From: a virus
Taxonomy: Duplodnaviria; Caudoviricetes
Strand: one strand, 5' to 3'
IMG/VR virus record: IMGVR_UViG_3300047557_000735
Location: 1 to 58,604 of that record
DNA length: 58,604 nucleotides
The position numbers were made by a program, and so were the translations under genes. Every line of letters starts with the position of its first letter. Position 1 is the first letter of the stretch. This document shows positions 53,601 to 58,604 of this stretch, in pieces. Under the pieces are notes generated by a model. It worked only from the letters and a program-made list of their open reading frames with translations, made no database searches and was not told the DNA's origin.

Positions 53601-54179
53601 ATGAGCACAAAAGAAAAATCCAACGTAGCTGATAGCGTGGATGCTACGGTCATCACGAACAAAGGACTGCGCGAAGGTCTGGGCGCATCTGGCGTATATA
53701 CCGTGGTATGTATCGGCGCTGACGGTGTTGAGAAGTGGCGTGATGAGTTCCCCAATCTGGTGGTCAACTCTGGCTTGAAGCTGATGAATGACACCTTCTT
53801 CGCTGGCACTAGCTACACGGCAGCTTGGTTTCTGGGCTTGATTACCGGCCCCGGATCAGGCACAACATTTAATGCGGCAGACACTATGTCTTCGCACCTT
53901 GGCTGGACGGAAGATACGACTTACTCCAACGCCAACCGCCCACAAGTAACCTTTGGTTCTGCCACACTGGCGGACCCTTCGGTGATTGCAACGACCGCGA
54001 CTTCGTTCTCGATCAATGGTGCGACAACTGTGGCAGGTGCGTTTCTGACGACTGACAACACCAAGGGCGGCACAACCGGTACGCTGTTCTCAGCAAGTGA
54101 CTTTACAGGCGGCGACCGTATCTTGGCCTCTGGCGATACACTGAATGTGACGTACACCTTCACTCTGGAAGCACCGTAA
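53601..54179 (+). CDS. Tail structural protein
   Basis: KW....NLVVN.G, GTLFS..F, GDTL.VTY. Confidence 0.75.
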   Translation: MSTKEKSNVADSVDATVITNKGLREGLGASGVYTVVCIGADGVEKWRDEFPNLVVNSGLKLMNDTFFAGTSYTAAWFLGLITGPGSGTTFNAADTMSSHLGWTEDTTYSNANRPQVTFGSATLADPSVIATTATSFSINGATTVAGAFLTTDNTKGGTTGTLFSASDFTGGDRILASGDTLNVTYTFTLEAP

Positions 54180-54191
54180 TGGGAGTAGGGC

Positions 54192-54575
54192 ATGGCGCTT
54201 GTTCTTGCAGATCGCGTTAGAGAGACAACGACCACAACCGGTAACGGCACAATCACGCTGGCTGGGGCTGTCGTTGGCTTTCAGTCTTTTGCCGCTGTTG
54301 GCAACGGCAACGTCACCTATTACACCATCGCAGGTCAGGGCACTTCCGAGTGGGAAGTGGGCATCGGCACATACACATCATCGGGTACAACACTAAGCCG
54401 GGACACGGTTCTCTCCTCCAGTGCGGGGGGTACGACCAAGGTGACTTTCTCTGCGGGAACCAAGGATGTGTTTGTGGTGTATCCGTCCGAACGTGCTGTG
54501 TACTACGACGCTGCTAACGTGGCTCCGTTTGACCCTGCTGGTACAGCGGTTGCGATGGCGATTGCGCTAGGATAA
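54192..54575 (+). CDS. Tail fibre-associated protein
   Basis: DRV.ETTTTTG.G, EWEVGIGTY, FSAGTKDVF, C-terminal AMAIALG. Confidence 0.75.
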   Translation: MALVLADRVRETTTTTGNGTITLAGAVVGFQSFAAVGNGNVTYYTIAGQGTSEWEVGIGTYTSSGTTLSRDTVLSSSAGGTTKVTFSAGTKDVFVVYPSERAVYYDAANVAPFDPAGTAVAMAIALG

Positions 54576-54578
54576 ATA

Positions 54579-54905
54579 ATGGCTAATACATTTAAAAACT
54601 CCTTTGTAAAAAACGTAGGCACATCAGCGTCAACGGTTTACACCTGTCCGGCTGCAACACAAACCACACTGATTGGCTTGTCGATTGCCAATACTTCAGC
54701 TTCGCCTATTACAACGGATGCGTACATTACTTCGGGCGGCACGGATTACTACCTAATCAAGTCTGGTGTTGTGCCGGTTGGCGGCTCCTTGGTAATTGTG
54801 GGTGGTGAGCAAAAAGTGGTGTTGGAGGCGGCGGATGCGTTGAAAGTATTGACTAGTGCCGCTTCGTCGGCAGACTGCGTGGCGAGTTATCTGGAGATCA
54901 CCTGA
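54579..54905 (+). CDS. Tail fibre-associated protein
   Basis: MANTFK, YTCP, GLSIAN, K.VLE..D.L, SYLEIT. Confidence 0.75.
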   Translation: MANTFKNSFVKNVGTSASTVYTCPAATQTTLIGLSIANTSASPITTDAYITSGGTDYYLIKSGVVPVGGSLVIVGGEQKVVLEAADALKVLTSAASSADCVASYLEIT

Positions 54906-55942
54906 TGAGCTACATCGGCTCCACCCCAACGACACAGAGCTTTATTGCTGGGACGGACTCGTTCAATGGCACGGGTTCGCAGACGAACTTCACGCTCTCG
55001 CGTATCGTCAACTCGGTCAACGACATTCAAGTCGTGGTCAACAACGTGGTGCAGTATCCACCGAACTATTCAGTATCAGGCACAACGCTGACCATCTCCC
55101 CCGCGCCATCCAGCGGGACGAATAATGTGTATGTGCGGTATTTAAGTACGACACTGCAAAGCATTACAGTCCCCGCCGGTTCTACTGTTAATGGTGGGTT
55201 TGGCGTTTCTGGGGATTTTACTGTGGGCGGCAGTAGCAGTATTAACTCTACTGTTACTACTGGGTATAGGCTTGTAATTGATAACGCAGCCGCTGCTACT
55301 GGCGATTACTCGCCGTTGCTTCTTAAAGGCGGAAGTGTTTCTGAAAATGGTGGGCAGCTTGCGTTACATAATACTTACGCAGGTGTTCCAACCCCTAAAA
55401 AATGGCTTCGAATAGATAATTCGGGCAGGTTTCAGGTCATTAATAACGCGTACACCTCTGCTGTCTTTACTCTTACTGACGGGGGTGATTTATCTGTAGC
55501 TGGAACGATGTCAAACTCGTCCGGGCAAGTAATAAAAAATGTCGTTAATTCGATCCGCAGTACAGCTCCCACGCTTGTCACGTTTGGCACGTCTTTTGCC
55601 AATATAAACACTACATACTACAAGTGGGATTTGCCTTCCTCTGGCGATTATATTGTTTGGTGTACGGTACGTTCTTACCTGTGGAGCACAAATGCTTTTG
55701 GAAAAGTTCGACTGTATAACAACACCGCAGGAGCCGTTGTAACTAACTCAGACACTATGCTTATTGAGTCACAGACAGGTAATTTGCTTTTAAATTTGGG
55801 TACTACGCTACAGTGGAAATTTACGGCATCAGGTGCTACTACGCTCTATCTTCAAGGAGGAGCGACAGTTGCTGGTACGGTTGGTATTCAGTCTGACTCA
55901 AACGGCTATGATGAATTTGGTTATATAAAGGTGTCAGTATGA
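54905..55942 (+). CDS. Tail fibre protein 1
   Basis: MSYIG..P anchor and F.G.GS.T.FTL; beta-rich. Confidence 0.75.
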   Translation: MSYIGSTPTTQSFIAGTDSFNGTGSQTNFTLSRIVNSVNDIQVVVNNVVQYPPNYSVSGTTLTISPAPSSGTNNVYVRYLSTTLQSITVPAGSTVNGGFGVSGDFTVGGSSSINSTVTTGYRLVIDNAAAATGDYSPLLLKGGSVSENGGQLALHNTYAGVPTPKKWLRIDNSGRFQVINNAYTSAVFTLTDGGDLSVAGTMSNSSGQVIKNVVNSIRSTAPTLVTFGTSFANINTTYYKWDLPSSGDYIVWCTVRSYLWSTNAFGKVRLYNNTAGAVVTNSDTMLIESQTGNLLLNLGTTLQWKFTASGATTLYLQGGATVAGTVGIQSDSNGYDEFGYIKVSV

Positions 55943-56232
55943 ACCATAACGAACTATTAAGAAGAGCGATGCGGGTGCTTGCGCCCACGGCAGATTATGT
56001 TCAACGGGACGATCAAATTGAATGGAATGACCAGATTCAGGAAATGCCATCTGCTGAAGAGATAGAAGCGGAAGTGCAAAGACAAGCTGGGCTTCTGTAT
56101 CAAGACAGCCGTGCAGCAGAATACCCACCAATTGGCGACCAGCTTGATGCGTTGTGGAAGGGCGGCGCTGCCGCTGAAGAAATGTTGGCGACCGTAATGG
56201 CTGTGAAAGCCAAGTATCCGAAACCGGAGTAA
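55939..56232 (+). CDS. Tail fibre assembly/chaperone-like protein
   Basis: Y...R..EYP.I.DQLD.LW.....VKAKYPK. Confidence 0.7.
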   Translation: MNHNELLRRAMRVLAPTADYVQRDDQIEWNDQIQEMPSAEEIEAEVQRQAGLLYQDSRAAEYPPIGDQLDALWKGGAAAEEMLATVMAVKAKYPKPE

Positions 56233-56235
56233 GTA

Positions 56236-56769
56236 ATGGCAATCGACAAGATACCAAGTGTGGCACTAGATAGCGGCGTTCCGACGAGGGCGCAGTTGCC
56301 CGCTGGGTCTGTGTTGCAGGTTGTGAGTACGACTAAGACAGATACGTTTACGCACAACAACGGTCTTACGTTTACAGATGTTACTGGAGCTTCGGTAATA
56401 ATTACACCAACATCTGCAACGAGTAAAATTTTGGTGTCTTATAGTTGTTCGCTGTCTCAAAGCGCATCTTCCGGAATATATAGTTTATTAGCCCGCCTAA
56501 CAAGAAATGGCACGGTTGTTGTGCAAGGTGACGCACGGGGTTCCAGTGCACGAGCGGCTACAGCGATGCCAATAGGTAATTATAATTATTCTGCACAACA
56601 TTTTTTCCAATATCTGGACAGCCCCGCTTCTACGTCAGCATTGACATATCAGTTGCAAGTGGCGGTTGAAACAGGCTCACAAATAATTGTTGGCGGTTCT
56701 TGGCAGAGTGGACTCGGATATAACGCGTCTGTGCCAACAATAATCACAGTCATGGAGATCGCCGCATGA
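56236..56769 (+). CDS. Tail fibre tip-like protein
   Basis: G.VLQVV...K, ITPTS..SKILV, LDSPA.T...TY, I..MEIA. Confidence 0.7.
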   Translation: MAIDKIPSVALDSGVPTRAQLPAGSVLQVVSTTKTDTFTHNNGLTFTDVTGASVIITPTSATSKILVSYSCSLSQSASSGIYSLLARLTRNGTVVVQGDARGSSARAATAMPIGNYNYSAQHFFQYLDSPASTSALTYQLQVAVETGSQIIVGGSWQSGLGYNASVPTIITVMEIAA

Positions 56770-58379
56770 GTTACATCGGCGCACAACCAACCACCGGCTC
56801 ATTCCCGTTCGATCAGTTCAGCGGTAACGGATCAACTACGGCTTTCACGCTGACCTATGCGCCAGCCAGCACAAGTTCGATTATCGTTGCGGTATCAGGC
56901 GTAGTTCAGAACCCAAACACTTATAGCTGCATCGGCACAACCCTGACATTCTCAGGCGCACCGCCATCGGGTACGAACAATATTTCCGTCCTGTACTTAG
57001 GGCTTCCAGTGATTGGCGTATCGTCACCGGGCAACACGGCGTACTTCTCTTCGACTTCGTTCACAGCAACTGCAAGCCAGACTACGTTCACCCCGTCTGG
57101 ATCGTACACACCCGGCTTCATCAATGTTATCCGTAACGGCTCACAGCTTGCCCCTGCTGACTACACAGCAACGAACGGAACGACGGTGGTACTGAACAAC
57201 GCTTGCACGGCTGGCGACATCGTAGTCATCGAGGTCTATACCCTAACGTCCATATCAAACGCTTTGCCGTTGACCGGCGGCACAGTGACGGGGGCTACCA
57301 CTTTTAACAGCAACGTGACTGTGAACGGGGGCTTGGCGTCTGGTTATACAGGCATGAAGAACCGGATCATCAACGGTGGGATGGTGATAGATCAGAGGAA
57401 CGCTGGGGCGAGTATTACTGCAAATGACGATGTTTTCCCGCTAGATAGGTGGAAGTTTGCAATGACTCAAAACAGTAAAGGAACGAGTCAGCAAAGCACT
57501 ACGGCACCGTCGGGGTTTATTAATTCCTTGCTGTTTACATCATCGTCTGCGTATTCTGTTCTTGCTTCGGACACTTTTGTTATACGACAATTAATTGAGG
57601 GGCTAAATGTATTAGACCTTGCGTGGGGTACTGCATCTGCCGCAACGGTTACATTGTCGTTCTGGGTTCGTTCAAGCCTGACTGGTTCGTTTGGTGTGGT
57701 CGTATCAAATAACGCGCAGAACCGTTGCTATCCAATTTTATATACGATCAGCGCAGCAAATACATGGGAACAAAAAACCATAACAATTCCCGGTGATACC
57801 ACAGGCACTTGGTTGACTACTAACGGTCTTGGGGTGCGGGTTAATTTTGGCCTTGGTGTTGGCTCAACTTTTAGCGGAACATCAGGCGCTTGGTCATCAA
57901 GCACGTTTACTGGAGTTACAGGCGCAACCTCTGTAGTCGGAACCAACGGCGCAACCTTTTACATCACCGGAGTCCAGCTAGAGCGCGGCAGCAACGCAAC
58001 GTCGTTTGAGTTCAGAAGTTATGGGCAAGAGTTGGCGTTGTGTCAGAGGTACTACTGGGGGATTAACGGATCACAGTTGGGTGGCGCAGGTGAGACTCAA
58101 GTGGGACTGTTTACCTTCCAAGGCACAAATACAGCGTATGTTATTTTGCAAAACCCAGTTCAAATGCGGACAGGCGCAAACATTACTGTGTCGGGGAACT
58201 TACAGTGGACTCAAAGCGGAGCGCAGACGACGGTGACAAATGTGACCGGGGTTTTGTCTAACCCGTACAACAATATGCTGGGTATCAATACCATTAGCGG
58301 ATTAACGGTGGGAACCACTGGGCGTTTGTCTATCGCGGGTTCTGCAAGTGGCATAGTTCAGTTTAGTTCGGAGCTATAA
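56766..58379 (+). CDS. Tail fibre protein 2
   Basis: MSYIG anchor, KNRIING.M.IDQR, DRW, TLSFWV, TGVQLE.G..AT.FE.R....ELALCQRYY. Confidence 0.8.
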   Translation: MSYIGAQPTTGSFPFDQFSGNGSTTAFTLTYAPASTSSIIVAVSGVVQNPNTYSCIGTTLTFSGAPPSGTNNISVLYLGLPVIGVSSPGNTAYFSSTSFTATASQTTFTPSGSYTPGFINVIRNGSQLAPADYTATNGTTVVLNNACTAGDIVVIEVYTLTSISNALPLTGGTVTGATTFNSNVTVNGGLASGYTGMKNRIINGGMVIDQRNAGASITANDDVFPLDRWKFAMTQNSKGTSQQSTTAPSGFINSLLFTSSSAYSVLASDTFVIRQLIEGLNVLDLAWGTASAATVTLSFWVRSSLTGSFGVVVSNNAQNRCYPILYTISAANTWEQKTITIPGDTTGTWLTTNGLGVRVNFGLGVGSTFSGTSGAWSSSTFTGVTGATSVVGTNGATFYITGVQLERGSNATSFEFRSYGQELALCQRYYWGINGSQLGGAGETQVGLFTFQGTNTAYVILQNPVQMRTGANITVSGNLQWTQSGAQTTVTNVTGVLSNPYNNMLGINTISGLTVGTTGRLSIAGSASGIVQFSSEL

Positions 58380-58538
58380 ATGTACAGAATAGTTCAGTTA
58401 GACGGAAAACAAACTGGGGTATTGCGGCTTGAGGACAATACGTTTATCCCCGCGCATGAAGACAACCCACTGTACCAAGCCTATCTCGCATGGCTTGCCG
58501 AGGGCAACGTACCTGAACCAGCAGAGGTGACAGAATGA
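58380..58538 (+). CDS. Small tail fibre chaperone-like protein (52 aa)
   Basis: Not in the ORF track. FIP....N..YQ.YL.W.AEGN.PEPA. Confidence 0.7.
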   Translation: MYRIVQLDGKQTGVLRLEDNTFIPAHEDNPLYQAYLAWLAEGNVPEPAEVTE

Positions 58539-58604
58539 CACGCGCAGTTAATACAGCAGCCGTTGGTATTGGTGGAGTGATTCAGGTTGTAAGCGCAACT
58601 AAGA
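58535..58604 (+). CDS. Partial (3'-truncated) paralogue of 56236-56769
   Basis: ATGA overlap; MTRAVNTAAVGIGGVIQVVSATK versus GSVLQVVSTTK. Confidence 0.6.
   Translation, partial: MTRAVNTAAVGIGGVIQVVSATK

Noticed and set aside
54905-58604. Diversity-generating retroelement acting on tail fibres
   Set aside because: No reverse transcriptase, and no near-identical TR/VR pair differing at adenines was seen in the window.
1-58604. Stop-codon reassignment
   Set aside because: Long genes (TerL, portal, 2328-aa protein) are intact in the standard code and there is no suppressor tRNA.

Overview
This window is most of a tailed dsDNA bacteriophage genome, about 58.6 kb, opened within the tail-fibre region. 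Both ends are partial tail genes. The architecture is podovirus-like, with internal/ejection proteins and no recognisable tape-measure gene or tail sheath. Layout: 1-19.3 kb (+) has a Gly-rich adhesin end, a tandem cluster of 2OG-Fe(II) oxygenases, a tail nozzle, a GNAT and ejection proteins, including a 2328-aa polyvalent protein. 19.3-29.2 kb (-) has recombination/nuclease genes (Ref-like, GIY-YIG, HNH, SSB, ERF, PD-(D/E)xK), an SPFH protein and many small modular ORFs. 29.2-30.7 kb is a ~1.5 kb ORF-poor control region with divergent promoters, a tRNA(CAU) and an array of structured RNA modules. 30.7-35.3 kb (+) has ParB-like, SF2 helicase and TOPRIM primase genes. 35.3-38.2 kb (-) has small putative early genes with repeated translation leaders. 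38.5-58.6 kb (+) has TerS, a LexA-like DNA-binding protein, TerL, portal, GroES-like, scaffold, capsid, small basic 'KGG-tagged' proteins, adaptors and tail fibres. I recognised no integrase, DNA polymerase, RNA polymerase, endolysin, CRISPR array or reverse transcriptase. A proteobacterial host is a weak inference. The strongest candidates for undescribed biology are: (1) interlocking ACCA/TGGT-closed RNA modules appended to an initiator-like tRNA altered at the VapC cut site; (2) a shared peptide-tag system on small virion-region proteins, one carrying an ART-like cargo; (3) a mini-LexA with a variant SOS-box palindrome found at two loci; (4) an oxygenase array beside a Gly/Pro adhesin; (5) an L,D-transpeptidase-like domain inside the ejected protein. 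All family calls come from recognising motifs by eye; no searches were run.
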